From positions 1 to 55,421 of the IMG/VR virus record IMGVR_UViG_3300044729_001120: a DNA stretch of 55,421 nt, one strand, 5' to 3'. Under the pieces are notes generated by a model. The model was not told the origin of the DNA. It did not search any database and saw only the letters and a list, made by a program, of their open reading frames with translations. Source of the DNA: a virus (Duplodnaviria; Caudoviricetes). The position numbers and the translations under genes were made by a program. This document shows, one piece after another, positions 1 to 9,844 of this stretch (the first letter of the stretch is position 1; each line of letters begins with the position of its first letter).

Positions 1-1
1 G

Positions 2-109
2 GATCGAACCGGCGCACTGAAGCAGATGTATGAAGAGGACTTCCAGAGAGCGGCGCTGGAGGATAGAGACACGGCGAGCTTCCACATAGTGCCTGATTTC
101 GGGGTGTGA
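2..109 (+). CDS. Partial 3' end of a head-tail adaptor-like structural protein
   Basis: Open frame from position 2: DRTGALKQMYEEDFQRAALEDRDTASFHIVPDFGV*, ending 1 nt before the next ATG; resembles adaptor C-termini in this phage group. Confidence 0.55.
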   Translation, partial: DRTGALKQMYEEDFQRAALEDRDTASFHIVPDFGV

Positions 110-110
110 A

Positions 111-461
111 ATGGCGTTTGCAACGGGCAAGTTTTCTTATGCACTCTGCGATAACTGCGGACAGCGATACCCGTACAAGGTTTTAAGAAAGAACTGGCGC
201 GGGTTCATGGTTTGTCCTGACGACTATGAGCCAAAAGAGCCACAATTGCAGCCGTTGCGGTATACTGGTGATGCAATTGCGCTGCGAGATCCGCGTCCTG
301 ACAGGGTGGAGCCGCAGGTGATTTTCGTAGGCTTACCGGGTGACGCAGCCTTCCAGAGTATCGGCAGCGCAAATGGCGGCACAAACATGCGGCCTTTCCC
401 TGAGCAGAACGCGGTTCAAGGTGTTGGATCCATTGGCAAAGTGACGATAGTGATAACCTGA
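111..461 (+). CDS. Conserved phage protein with Cys motifs (CDNCG, VCPD), neck region
   Basis: 116-aa ORF tightly coupled to neighbours. Confidence 0.6.
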   Translation: MAFATGKFSYALCDNCGQRYPYKVLRKNWRGFMVCPDDYEPKEPQLQPLRYTGDAIALRDPRPDRVEPQVIFVGLPGDAAFQSIGSANGGTNMRPFPEQNAVQGVGSIGKVTIVIT

Positions 462-462
462 T

Positions 463-1119
463 ATGACATACGACGAGCTAGTCACAAACATTAGGAACTA
501 CACCGAGGTGGACGCTAACGTGTTCACCAACGCGGTTATTAACACGTTTATCACGATGGCCGAGAACCGTATTCTTAGGGACATCGATCTTGATGTGTAC
601 AAAAAAGAGTCAATAGGCTCCATGACCTCCGGCAATCGATTCCTGACGTCGCCAACAGATATTCTGACGCATCGCTACATGTTCATTACCGTTGGCACGG
701 ACAAGGTTTATTTGGATTTTCGCGACACCTCCTTCATGCGTGAGTACTGGCCCAATCCTGCTCTGACGGGTGTGCCAAAGTACTACGCGGTGTGGGATCA
801 GGATACGTTCAACATTGCGCCAACGCCCAATGCGAACTACGCCGTGGAAATGGGGTACATCTACCGCCCTGCACAGCTGTCACCCGCCACCCCAACAACG
901 TGGATCAGCACCAACGCCCCCGAGGCGCTGCTGTACGCATGCCTGATTCAGGCATACAGTTACACCAAGGGCCCAGCTGAGATGCTTGGGTACTTTGATA
1001 ACAGCTACAAGCAGGCCATACAGGGCTTGGGCATTGAGCAGCAGGGTCGCCGACGTCGTGACGAGTTCCGAGACGGCATGATCCGCATACCCATTCGATC
1101 AGATTCACCGGGACCATAA
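463..1119 (+). CDS. Head-tail adaptor / tail tubular protein A-like
   Basis: 218 aa; FITMAENRI, G.PKYYA.W, IAPTP...Y, LLYACL pattern typical of podoviral adaptor proteins. Confidence 0.65.
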   Translation: MTYDELVTNIRNYTEVDANVFTNAVINTFITMAENRILRDIDLDVYKKESIGSMTSGNRFLTSPTDILTHRYMFITVGTDKVYLDFRDTSFMREYWPNPALTGVPKYYAVWDQDTFNIAPTPNANYAVEMGYIYRPAQLSPATPTTWISTNAPEALLYACLIQAYSYTKGPAEMLGYFDNSYKQAIQGLGIEQQGRRRRDEFRDGMIRIPIRSDSPGP

Positions 1120-1121
1120 CG

Positions 1122-1409
1122 ATGTTTACGACAAGCGGTGGAGGGGCACTGGGCTTAATTAAATCAGCATCCGTCTCGGGCCGAGGCTTTACGCCTGAAG
1201 AGCTGGCTGAAAGTGCAGTGGATAAGATAATTTATATTGGTCGAAGCTCAGACCCGGTCATACGGGCTCAGGCCGAGGCTTACAGAGAACAAATCAAGGC
1301 GGTGTTGATAGCGGCGATGCATCAAGCGATACGCTCCAACAACACCACGCTGATAAACCGATTCCGCGCCGCTGGGCATCCGGAACTTGTAAAATTACTG
1401 GAGAGTTAA
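1122..1409 (+). CDS. Hypothetical phage structural-region protein
   Basis: 95-aa ORF in operon, 1-2 nt gaps to neighbours. Confidence 0.6.
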   Translation: MFTTSGGGALGLIKSASVSGRGFTPEELAESAVDKIIYIGRSSDPVIRAQAEAYREQIKAVLIAAMHQAIRSNNTTLINRFRAAGHPELVKLLES

Positions 1410-1410
1410 C

Positions 1411-1866
1411 ATGCCTATTAGCATCACAACCGCAATGCCCACCAGCTTTAAAGTAGAAATCCTGAAAGCGGTGCATGACTTTACTGCCTCAACCGGCGAC
1501 ACGTTTAAGATTGCTCTGCTTAAGGCAGCGGCAGCTGGATCTGGCACCTTTGGCGCTGCGACCACTAACTACTCTAATCTAGGTTCGGATGAGCTTGGCA
1601 GCGGTAGCGGCTACACCACAGGTGGCAACACGCTGGTCTCCATCACTCCGGTAGCTGACGGCACCACGGCGATCTGCGACTTTGACAACACGACGTGGAG
1701 TGCGGCTACGTTTACGACCAGTGGCGCGTTGATTTATAACGACACCTCGTCTGACACTGCGGTTGCGGTGTTGAGCTTTGGCGGCGACCAGCAGGTAAGT
1801 TCCGGCGATTTTCAGATTCAATTTCCTACTGCTGCAGCCGCTACCGCGATTATTCGCATAGCGTGA
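1411..1866 (+). CDS. Putative tail/virion structural protein
   Basis: 151 aa, Ala/Thr/Gly rich; GGAG RBS; SFKVEIL...FKIAL...GYTTGG pattern common in phage tail modules. Confidence 0.6.
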   Translation: MPISITTAMPTSFKVEILKAVHDFTASTGDTFKIALLKAAAAGSGTFGAATTNYSNLGSDELGSGSGYTTGGNTLVSITPVADGTTAICDFDNTTWSAATFTTSGALIYNDTSSDTAVAVLSFGGDQQVSSGDFQIQFPTAAAATAIIRIA

Positions 1867-1874
1867 GGTGAGTC

Positions 1875-2696
1875 ATGAGCGCCACTACCTACACTAAAGG
1901 TTATGGTGAAGGCGCTTGGGGCATTAATGGCTTCGGGGGCATAGCCCCTGCTTATGCGGTAGACGGTGTAGCGGGTACGGGTGCGGTAGAGCCTGTCACT
2001 ATCCTTGTAACCAAGGTAGTTGCGGTAACAGGTGTCTCCGGCACTGGCAGCGTTGGCGATATATCCCTGCAGATTAACTCCACGATTGTCCCAACGGGTG
2101 TTCAGGGCGTCGGTGAAATAGGCGGGTTCCAAGTCGTCGTAGATGACATTGTGATCCCCATAGGTGTTTTTGGTACGGGCGCAGTTGGCACAGTTGCTAT
2201 TGCGGTCAACGATACGGTGGTTGCGACTGGCATTGAGGGAACAGGAGCCGTTGGCACTGTCTCGATTGCAATAAACGCAACGGTCGTAGCCACAGGCGTA
2301 GAAGGCACAGGCGCGGTTGAAGACGTCGCCCTGCAGATAGACAGCAACGTCACCCCAGTGGGCGTGGCGAGCACGGGCGCAGTTGGCACAGTAGTTTTAG
2401 TATACGATGCAGATGTTACGGCCACCGGCATTGAAGGCACGGGCGCGGTAGGCACAGTTGCGATACAGGTTAACGATACGGTTATCCCCGTGGGGGTTAG
2501 CGCAACCGGCGCGATTGGGCAGGTTCAGATAGCGGTAAGCGAGCTTATAGTCCCCGTCGGAGTAGCTGGTGTAGGCGCTGTTGGTAATGTAAGAATAATT
2601 GGTTGGAACATCGTAAACGATGCGCAGACACCGAACTGGAATGAAATAAACGATGTTCAAACCCCGAATTGGATTGAAGTAGACGACGCTGCGTAG
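1875..2696 (+). CDS. Repetitive Val/Gly/Thr-rich tail fibre-like protein
   Basis: 273 aa with about ten ~22-aa repeats (V.TG(I/V).GTGAVG.V); GAGGTG RBS. Confidence 0.6.
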   Translation: MSATTYTKGYGEGAWGINGFGGIAPAYAVDGVAGTGAVEPVTILVTKVVAVTGVSGTGSVGDISLQINSTIVPTGVQGVGEIGGFQVVVDDIVIPIGVFGTGAVGTVAIAVNDTVVATGIEGTGAVGTVSIAINATVVATGVEGTGAVEDVALQIDSNVTPVGVASTGAVGTVVLVYDADVTATGIEGTGAVGTVAIQVNDTVIPVGVSATGAIGQVQIAVSELIVPVGVAGVGAVGNVRIIGWNIVNDAQTPNWNEINDVQTPNWIEVDDAA

Positions 2697-2704
2697 GAGC
2701 TGAC

Positions 2705-3424
2705 ATGGCAAGTTATTCAAATGATCTACGACTAAAGGAAATCGCCACGGGCGACGAGTCAGGCACATGGGGCACCAGCACCAACACCAACCTCGCCCTG
2801 ATCGCTGACGCGTTTAGCCTTGGCACCAAGCAGATGGCCGCTGACGCCAACGAAACATTCACAATGCCGGATGCCACGGCGGACGGTACACGCTCGCTGT
2901 ACCTGAAGATTACCTCTGCGGTGTCCTTGACGGTAACGCGCACCGTGACACTGGCGCCGAACACGGTGTCCAAGGTCTGGATCATTGAGAACGCTACGAG
3001 CGGCAGTCAGTCGATTACGATATCACAAGGCTCAGGTGCTACGGTAACCATTGCCAACGGCAGCAAGGTGATGATAGTAACCGACGGTGCGGGCGGCGGT
3101 GCGGCGGTAACTAATGCCAACCCAACTACAACGGCGGGTACGGTCACCTCGGTAGGCGGCACAGGCACAGTTAACGGCATTACGCTCACAGGTACAGTCA
3201 CAAGTTCTGGCAACCTTACGCTGGGTGGTACGCTGTCTGGTGTGTCATTGACGACTCAAGTCACTGGAACCCTTCCTTTTGGTAACGGTGGCACAGGCTT
3301 GGCTACGCTTGGAACGGCTGGTCAGGCTTTGATTGTTAACTCTGGAGCCACAGCGTTAGAGTACGGTAGCGCAGGTGTATCAACAGGCAAAGCCATTGCG
3401 ATGGCGATGATTTTCGGATTCTAA
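2705..3424 (+). CDS. Tail fibre protein
   Basis: 239 aa; N-terminal TGDESGTWG..TNTNL motif, GTVTSV and GNGGTG fibre motifs, C-terminal GKAIAMAMIFG. Confidence 0.65.
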   Translation: MASYSNDLRLKEIATGDESGTWGTSTNTNLALIADAFSLGTKQMAADANETFTMPDATADGTRSLYLKITSAVSLTVTRTVTLAPNTVSKVWIIENATSGSQSITISQGSGATVTIANGSKVMIVTDGAGGGAAVTNANPTTTAGTVTSVGGTGTVNGITLTGTVTSSGNLTLGGTLSGVSLTTQVTGTLPFGNGGTGLATLGTAGQALIVNSGATALEYGSAGVSTGKAIAMAMIFGF

Positions 3425-3435
3425 GGAGATAGAAC

Positions 3436-3822
3436 GTGGCTAACCCCAACATAGTTAACGTCACAACGATACTGGGCAACACCAGTACCACACTGATCAG
3501 CTCAACGGCTAACCCGTTTGCGACTGCGCTTGTTAACAACGCGGCATCCAGCGGCAAGGTCTACAAGATCAACTCCATTGTTGCTGCGAACGTGGACGGC
3601 TCGTCTGCTTGCGATATCACGATCAGCATCTTCTCTCAGGACGATCTGGGCGGCACGGGTACTGCGATTGCCTCAACGATCTCTGTTCCTGCTGACGCAA
3701 CGCTCATAATCACAGATAAGACCACAACATTCTATCTCTTGGAAGACAGGTCTATTGGTGCTACGGCCAGCGCAGCGAATGACATCGTTGTTACAATCTC
3801 GTGGGAAGAAATATCAAGCTGA
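3436..3822 (+). CDS. Tail-fibre-associated structural protein
   Basis: 128 aa, GTG start, AAGGAG RBS; beta-rich (MANPNIVNVTTILG...ISVPADATL...SWEEI). Confidence 0.6.
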   Translation: MANPNIVNVTTILGNTSTTLISSTANPFATALVNNAASSGKVYKINSIVAANVDGSSACDITISIFSQDDLGGTGTAIASTISVPADATLIITDKTTTFYLLEDRSIGATASAANDIVVTISWEEISS

Positions 3823-3834
3823 TAGGAGTGGCTT

Positions 3835-5031
3835 ATGTCGATGCGATTTAAGGGCGGGGTGATCTCCGCGACTCCCCCGACAACGCTTAGTGGAGTATGG
3901 ACACTTCAACAACAAATGCAAAAACTTGCCGCTGGGTATTGGTCTGGGGTATATCAACTTTGGGCATGGGGGTCTGGGTCCCAATCAGAGCTGGGGCTTG
4001 GTAATAACAAAGCTTATTCTTCTCCAAAACAAGTAGGTTCCCCTACAAACTGGAATTTTGTGGGGGCGACAAAAGAAGGTTCTTTTGCAATTAAAAAAGA
4101 CAACAGTTTATGGTCTTGGGGAAACGGCCAATACGGTCAATTAGGGAATGGTCTTGCTGGCGGTACTAATTTCTCAACGCCTGTTCAAACCGGATCGTTA
4201 ACTAACTGGTTGCAAATAAGTGGCGGCCTATTCAGTGTTCTTGCTGTTAAAACCGACGGAACTTTGTGGAGTTGGGGACGCAACGAATACGGGCAACTTG
4301 GTCTTAACAACGCAGGTGCCGGCGACGCAACTGCCCGATCCAGCCCTGTTCAAGTTGGTGCTTTAACGGGGTGGGCTACGACGTCTGCTGGATCTTATCA
4401 TTCCGTTTCTATTAAAACTGATGGCACACTCTGGAGTTGGGGGCGTAACAATCAAGGGCAGCTGGGTCTTGGAAATAACACTACTTATTCTAGCCCGAAA
4501 CAAGTCGGCGGATTAACTAGTTGGAGTAAAGTGGCTTGCGCTAATGAATCAACGGCGGCCATTAAAACGGATGGCACATTGTGGAGTTGGGGGCGAGGTT
4601 ACGGTGGGCAGCTCGGCATAAATAACACCTTTAACTATAACAGCCCCAAACAAGTTGGCGCGCTAACGGATTGGAGTAAAATTTCAGCTGGATTTAGAAA
4701 TTTTGTTGCGGTTAAAACGGACGGAACACTTTGGTGTTGGGGTTTTGGTGGTCGTGGTGAACTAGGTCAAAACAATACTACGACCAGCTCAAGTCCTGTT
4801 CAAGTAGGGGCATTAACAACGTGGTACGAACCGGGATCAGGAAATTCGTCATTTTTTTGTATTAAAACAGATGGCACACTGTGGGCTTGGGGCTATAACG
4901 GTTCTGGGAGACTTGGTCTCGGAAATACTGCAAACCGTTCAAGCCCTGTCCAGATAGGTACTGCAACTACTTGGACTACGATAGTAAAATCTGGAACTTC
5001 CTATCACACACACGCTATTAAAACTCCTTAA
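3835..5031 (+). CDS. RCC1-repeat (BLIP-II-like) beta-propeller protein 1, putative receptor-binding/virion accessory protein
   Basis: About 7 repeats of A(I/V)KTDGTLWSWG.N..GQLG.....SSP.QVG.LT.W. Confidence 0.85.
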   Translation: MSMRFKGGVISATPPTTLSGVWTLQQQMQKLAAGYWSGVYQLWAWGSGSQSELGLGNNKAYSSPKQVGSPTNWNFVGATKEGSFAIKKDNSLWSWGNGQYGQLGNGLAGGTNFSTPVQTGSLTNWLQISGGLFSVLAVKTDGTLWSWGRNEYGQLGLNNAGAGDATARSSPVQVGALTGWATTSAGSYHSVSIKTDGTLWSWGRNNQGQLGLGNNTTYSSPKQVGGLTSWSKVACANESTAAIKTDGTLWSWGRGYGGQLGINNTFNYNSPKQVGALTDWSKISAGFRNFVAVKTDGTLWCWGFGGRGELGQNNTTTSSSPVQVGALTTWYEPGSGNSSFFCIKTDGTLWAWGYNGSGRLGLGNTANRSSPVQIGTATTWTTIVKSGTSYHTHAIKTP

Positions 5032-5039
5032 AGGAAGTC

Positions 5040-6809
5040 ATGAACAAAACCCTACATTTCCTCTCAGGCGTACCCCGTTCAGGCTCAACGGTCTTGGCGG
5101 CTATCCTGAATCAGAACCCAATGACGCATGTGTCTACTACGTCTGCTCTAGGCGCAGCTCTGGACGGTCTGGCTACGGCTTGGCATCGTGACAACCTTCT
5201 CGTAAACAACGATCCTGATCGCAGCAAACTGGCTCACACCATGCGCGGAGTGATTGATGCTTTCTACGAAGATGTCCCGAAACCCGTCATTATCGACAAG
5301 GCGCGTAACTGGCCGATCCCGGTCATCATGCAGGCGATGGGTCAAGTGCTGGGTCACAAGCCCAAGATCATCGCGACAGTGCGCTCTATCCCTGACTGCA
5401 TGGCATCCTTTGTCCGTGTAGCCAAGCCAACCAACTTGGATGACTTCCTTGTTAACAGCTCACTCACGAACCACCTGAAAGGCTCCTACCAGACGCTACA
5501 GGGCGGCTACGCTTACGATCCTGAAAGCTTCCTCTTTGTTGAGTACGAAGACCTGCTGGCCGACCCAAAGGCTCAGTTGCAGCGCATACACGCATTCCTT
5601 GACCTGCCTGACTTTGACTACGACTTTGCCAACATTGATGGCTCAACGGTCAAAGAGGATGACGAGAACCTGCACGGTTACTCTGGCCTGCACGACATCA
5701 AGCCGGTACTGGAAAGACAGCATCAAGAAAGCCCCAAGGACGTACTGAAGCACCACTACCCGCAGTTCTGTCAGCCTGAGTTCTGGCTTGAGCGTCCTCG
5801 CACAATCCCTGAGATACACGACCTTGATTTGCAACTGGTGGCCTCACGAATGGGCGACTTTGCCGAGGGCTGGAGACTGTGCCAGAAGCTGGAAAAGGAC
5901 GAGCCTGATAACCACCGTGCAGCCTACAACCGTGGCTGGTACTTGCTGCGTCAGGGTCAGATTCAGAAGGGCTACCAACTGCTGGATCGTGGCCGCATTG
6001 TTAACGTCTTTGGTAACGCCAAGCCAAGCGTCCCCACTCAGCCGTGGGATGGTAAGAGCAAGGGCATCGTTATGCTGCACCTTGAGGGTGGTCTTGGCGA
6101 TCAGATACATCAGGTGAGATACGCCAAGCTGATTGCTGATCGTGGCTGTAAAGTGATCGTGTCCTGCTCTGGCCCACTGGCCTCCCTGTTTGTTGACGTT
6201 GAGGGCGTGTCTGCGGTCATCCAGCACGAAGCGAGCTTTGGCATCTACCATGACTTCTATGTGCAGGGGATGTCTGCTGTAGTGCCTCTGGGGCTTGAAT
6301 TAAGCGATCTATCTGGCAAGCCGTACATCACGAAGCCTAAGACCATTAAAGCCCGTAGAAAGCGTATAGGGCTGCGCTGGCAGGGTCAGTCAGCATTTGA
6401 GCATGACCACAACAAGAAGTTTCCGTATGACCTGCTGTTTGACGCGGTGAAGGATGCAGACGCTGAGTTCATCTCCCTGCAACGCGATGAGGGTGCTGAT
6501 TCGTGCCCGTCTTGGGTTAAGCAAGTCCCGCTGGATAGCTGGGAAGATACCCGTGCTGCTGCGGCATCGTGTGACTTGGTGATCTCATCTTGCACCTCGG
6601 TCAGTCACTTGGCTGCGGCGATGGGTGTGGAGACTTGGGTCGTCACGCCCGTCATGCCATACTTTCTGTATGCCTTAGAGGGCGACACCTGTCCTTATTA
6701 CGATACAATGCGCCTGATGCGTCAGGAAGTGTTCGGTGACTGGACTGCCAGCTTTGAGAAGATCAAAGAGCGTCTGGGTGAGAAACAAGCCTTGAGGAGA
6801 GTTAAGTGA
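5040..6809 (+). CDS. Sulfotransferase fused to TPR-like segment and GT-B (GT9/heptosyltransferase-like) domain
   Basis: 5'-PSB loop GVPRSGST, IDK, 3'-PB RSIPDCMASF, VEYEDL; then EGGLGDQIHQVRY and DLVISSCTSVSHLAAAMG typical of TPR-GT9-like proteins. Confidence 0.8.
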   Translation: MNKTLHFLSGVPRSGSTVLAAILNQNPMTHVSTTSALGAALDGLATAWHRDNLLVNNDPDRSKLAHTMRGVIDAFYEDVPKPVIIDKARNWPIPVIMQAMGQVLGHKPKIIATVRSIPDCMASFVRVAKPTNLDDFLVNSSLTNHLKGSYQTLQGGYAYDPESFLFVEYEDLLADPKAQLQRIHAFLDLPDFDYDFANIDGSTVKEDDENLHGYSGLHDIKPVLERQHQESPKDVLKHHYPQFCQPEFWLERPRTIPEIHDLDLQLVASRMGDFAEGWRLCQKLEKDEPDNHRAAYNRGWYLLRQGQIQKGYQLLDRGRIVNVFGNAKPSVPTQPWDGKSKGIVMLHLEGGLGDQIHQVRYAKLIADRGCKVIVSCSGPLASLFVDVEGVSAVIQHEASFGIYHDFYVQGMSAVVPLGLELSDLSGKPYITKPKTIKARRKRIGLRWQGQSAFEHDHNKKFPYDLLFDAVKDADAEFISLQRDEGADSCPSWVKQVPLDSWEDTRAAAASCDLVISSCTSVSHLAAAMGVETWVVTPVMPYFLYALEGDTCPYYDTMRLMRQEVFGDWTASFEKIKERLGEKQALRRVK

Positions 6810-8032
6810 GTCAAAAATATCCCGGCGGTTTGATTAGAAAGACACCTCCCACCACTGTCGGCCCTGTCGATGGCGAGGGCGGCTCTGCGCCGGGTATCTG
6901 GACACTTGAGCAGGCAATGGAGTTGCAGAAGCAGAACCTGTGGCCGAAGCCGTTGATACCAAGAGCGCTTTATAGTTGGGGACAAAACGCCGCGGGTCAG
7001 CTTGGTCAAGGTTCTACCACCAACCTTTCCAGCCCTGTACAAGTAGGGTCTGCGACTGATTGGGGCAAATATGCTGCTATCGGTAATGCTCATGCATTAG
7101 CCCTAACATACAGAGGCGCACTGTTTGCTACAGGGCAGAATGCTAGTGGTCAACTTGGTTTTGGCTTCACGTTTATGGATTTCTCAACTTTTTCACAAGT
7201 TGGAGCATTGACAAACTGGCTTGATGTAGTGGCAACAAACGCTTCTTCTTCATTTGCTGTAAAGAAAGATGGAACTCTATGGTCTTGGGGTTTTGGAGGC
7301 TCTGGTGTTTTAGGTCACAACAACACTACCAGTTTTTCATCACCCGCGCAGGTTGGTTCTTTGTCTACTTGGTATCAAGTAACCTCGAACAATAGTTTTA
7401 CACTTGCAATAAAAACAGACGGCACCCTTTGGAGCTGGGGGGAAAACAGCTACGGTCAGCTTGGTCAAAATAATACAACTAACCGCTCTAGCCCTGTTCA
7501 AGTTGGTGGATTAACTAATTGGGAGCATGTATCTGCTGGCAGTAATCAATGTGTTGCTATCAAAACGGACGGCACCTTGTGGAGCTGGGGTCGGAACGCT
7601 AATGGTGAACTTGGTCAAGGTGATACCACCCACCGTTCCAGCCCTGTACAAGTAGGGGCGCTAACTAATTGGGCTAAGGTTTCGTCCGGCCAAAATTTTT
7701 GTCTTGCTATTAAAACAGACGGCACCCTTTGGAGCTGGGGTCAAAATACTTCAGGACAACTTGGTATTAATAGCGCCGCTGGTGAGAATCGCTCTAGTCC
7801 TGTACAAGTAGGGGCTTTAACCAATTGGGCACAAATATCGGCTGGTGAAGGTCACGGCTTAGCTATGGACACGAGCAATAAATTGTTCGCGTGGGGATTC
7901 AACTCCTCCGGACAGATAGGTCAAAACGATACAGCCAGCCGCTCTAGCCCTGTTCAAGTTGGTGCTTTAACCTCGTGGACAAAGTTGGCAACTAACCAAG
8001 GAAACTCATCTTTGGTCATAAAATTGCAATAA
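6806..8032 (+). CDS. RCC1-repeat beta-propeller protein 2
   Basis: About 7 repeats of AIKTDGTLWSWG.N..GQLG...RSSPVQVGALTNW; GTG start overlapping the previous stop. Confidence 0.85.
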   Translation: MSQKYPGGLIRKTPPTTVGPVDGEGGSAPGIWTLEQAMELQKQNLWPKPLIPRALYSWGQNAAGQLGQGSTTNLSSPVQVGSATDWGKYAAIGNAHALALTYRGALFATGQNASGQLGFGFTFMDFSTFSQVGALTNWLDVVATNASSSFAVKKDGTLWSWGFGGSGVLGHNNTTSFSSPAQVGSLSTWYQVTSNNSFTLAIKTDGTLWSWGENSYGQLGQNNTTNRSSPVQVGGLTNWEHVSAGSNQCVAIKTDGTLWSWGRNANGELGQGDTTHRSSPVQVGALTNWAKVSSGQNFCLAIKTDGTLWSWGQNTSGQLGINSAAGENRSSPVQVGALTNWAQISAGEGHGLAMDTSNKLFAWGFNSSGQIGQNDTASRSSPVQVGALTSWTKLATNQGNSSLVIKLQ

Positions 8033-8045
8033 CAGGAGATACCAA

Positions 8046-8444
8046 ATGCTTTTCGTCAAAATAGTAAACAATGAAGTAACGCAGTGCTGGGACACTCAGC
8101 CTCCCGCTGGTGAGTCAGGCTGGAAGTCAGCCATCGAAGTGCGCCCTGCTCTGACACCTAACCGTCAGCAGTACACAGCTCACAGTTTTGACATCACTAA
8201 AGACCCCGTAGAGATCGTCTGGGGCGTGGTTGACATTACTGCTGAAGACCGTAAGGGTGGACTGCGCTCACAGGCTGCTGCTGCGTTCCAGCAAGTTGTG
8301 CAGGAAGAGATGCGTAAAGAAGTCGATGACTTCCCAGAAACTCAGTACAACGCTGCAACGGTTGACGCTGCTCGCATTGCCTTTGAAACTCGCGTGACTG
8401 CAATCAACGCAGCCACTACGCATGACGAGCTTGATGCGCTGTGA
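8046..8444 (+). CDS. Putative tail fibre assembly/chaperone-like protein
   Basis: 132 aa; C-terminal AINAATTHDELDAL typical of fibre assembly chaperones; follows the fibre/RCC1 genes. Confidence 0.5.
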   Translation: MLFVKIVNNEVTQCWDTQPPAGESGWKSAIEVRPALTPNRQQYTAHSFDITKDPVEIVWGVVDITAEDRKGGLRSQAAAAFQQVVQEEMRKEVDDFPETQYNAATVDAARIAFETRVTAINAATTHDELDAL

Positions 8445-9136
8445 GACTGAACTTCTCGTATGACATGATTCCATCGTGCGCCTACATCATTCGGGTGGTG
8501 GGCAACGCTGCCTCTGAAGAAAAGGCCAAGCGGTGTGCTATGTCGTGCGAGAGAGCGAATCAGCCCTACGAGTTCTGGGATGCCTATGACGGTACGGGTG
8601 AGGGTATTAAAGAACCCAATCATCACAATGTCATCATGGACTGCATCAAGGTTACTGACCACTACCTGACCCGTGGTGAAGTAGCCTGTGCGTTGAGCCA
8701 CATCAGTCTATGGGCAAAGTGCGTACTTGAAGACAAGCCGCTGGTTATCCTTGAGCATGACGCGCTGATGGCTAAACCCTACACGCAACACGCGGTGTTT
8801 AATTCAATCTGCTACTTGGGATCGCACGAGCAGGTGAAGCTTGGCTGGCAGGTATCGGCTACGCCACCTCACGCAACTGAGGGTGAGAATTACCACTTTT
8901 TGTGCCGCGCACATGCGTATGCGATTGATCCGGCTGTAGCAAAGAACCTGCTGGCCTATGTGATGAAGATGGGCATCTGTACCTCCCTTGATATGCTGAT
9001 TCGTGCTGACCTCTTCCCCATCCACCAGATGGGTGTCTACGCCTACAACGTGTATGAAAGCCGAGAAGAAACAACGATCAAGGGCAGGGCGTTAGAGGGC
9101 AGGGCAACCAAGCGCAACGATGGGCTGGTGGTATGA
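8441..9136 (+). CDS. Glycosyltransferase family 25-like
   Basis: FWDAYDG, LTRGEVACALSHISLW, VILEHDA, AHAYAID motifs. Confidence 0.8.
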   Translation: MRLNFSYDMIPSCAYIIRVVGNAASEEKAKRCAMSCERANQPYEFWDAYDGTGEGIKEPNHHNVIMDCIKVTDHYLTRGEVACALSHISLWAKCVLEDKPLVILEHDALMAKPYTQHAVFNSICYLGSHEQVKLGWQVSATPPHATEGENYHFLCRAHAYAIDPAVAKNLLAYVMKMGICTSLDMLIRADLFPIHQMGVYAYNVYESREETTIKGRALEGRATKRNDGLVV

Positions 9137-9843
9137 TACCCAAGAAGGTACACCTTTCTTGGAAGACTAAAGACTTGTTAGACAGTAAAAGCCCGTTGGT
9201 TGTACACGGGGTTAAACGGCTGGTGGACTTAAACCCAGACTGGGAAGTGACGATCTACGACGATCAAGAGGTAGACGACTACCTTAAAACCCAGTTAGAG
9301 CCGCAGGTGTATGCCCTGATTGCCAGCAAGCACATTGTGCAGAAGACTGACCTGTGGCGCTTAATTAAGCTGTATGAAGAGGGTGGACTGTACATTGATG
9401 TCGATAGATTTGTGGACACACCACTAAATGATCTGGTGGACGAGAACACAAAATGGGTCTTGCCAACCTACCGCGACTACGACTTTTCCCACGACTTCAT
9501 GATGACTGCGCCACACAATCCGGCTTATCGTTTGGCCGCGCAAATGTACATAGAGCGAATGAATCAGGGGCATACAAGCGTTTATTTTCTTGGCCCACAG
9601 ACATACATGCACGCGGTGACGCAGACCCTGACCGGGGAAATGCTCAACACTGATTTAGGCATTGCAGCCTTTGACAGGCTCAGAGACATCATGAAGAGCT
9701 GCGGGTTTATAAAGACGTTTCGAGAAGAGCCACCCTATAATACAATCGTGTATCGAGGCGAGAACTTAGGCTTAGATTGGGAGCAGGAAAAGCGTAAGTT
9801 TTATGCAGAGTCAGGGTTAAAGCATTGGTCTGGGGACTGGTAA
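9133..9843 (+). CDS. DXD-motif glycosyltransferase (GT32 / OCH1-like sugar-binding region)
   Basis: MIPKKVHLSW, NPDWE, DLWRL..LYEEGGLYIDVD motifs. Confidence 0.85.
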   Translation: MIPKKVHLSWKTKDLLDSKSPLVVHGVKRLVDLNPDWEVTIYDDQEVDDYLKTQLEPQVYALIASKHIVQKTDLWRLIKLYEEGGLYIDVDRFVDTPLNDLVDENTKWVLPTYRDYDFSHDFMMTAPHNPAYRLAAQMYIERMNQGHTSVYFLGPQTYMHAVTQTLTGEMLNTDLGIAAFDRLRDIMKSCGFIKTFREEPPYNTIVYRGENLGLDWEQEKRKFYAESGLKHWSGDW

Positions 9844-9844
9844 G

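Noticed and set aside
3835-8032. Diversity-generating retroelement acting on the RCC1 repeats
   Set aside because: No reverse transcriptase ORF and no non-coding template repeat with adenine-specific differences; the repeats are protein blades.
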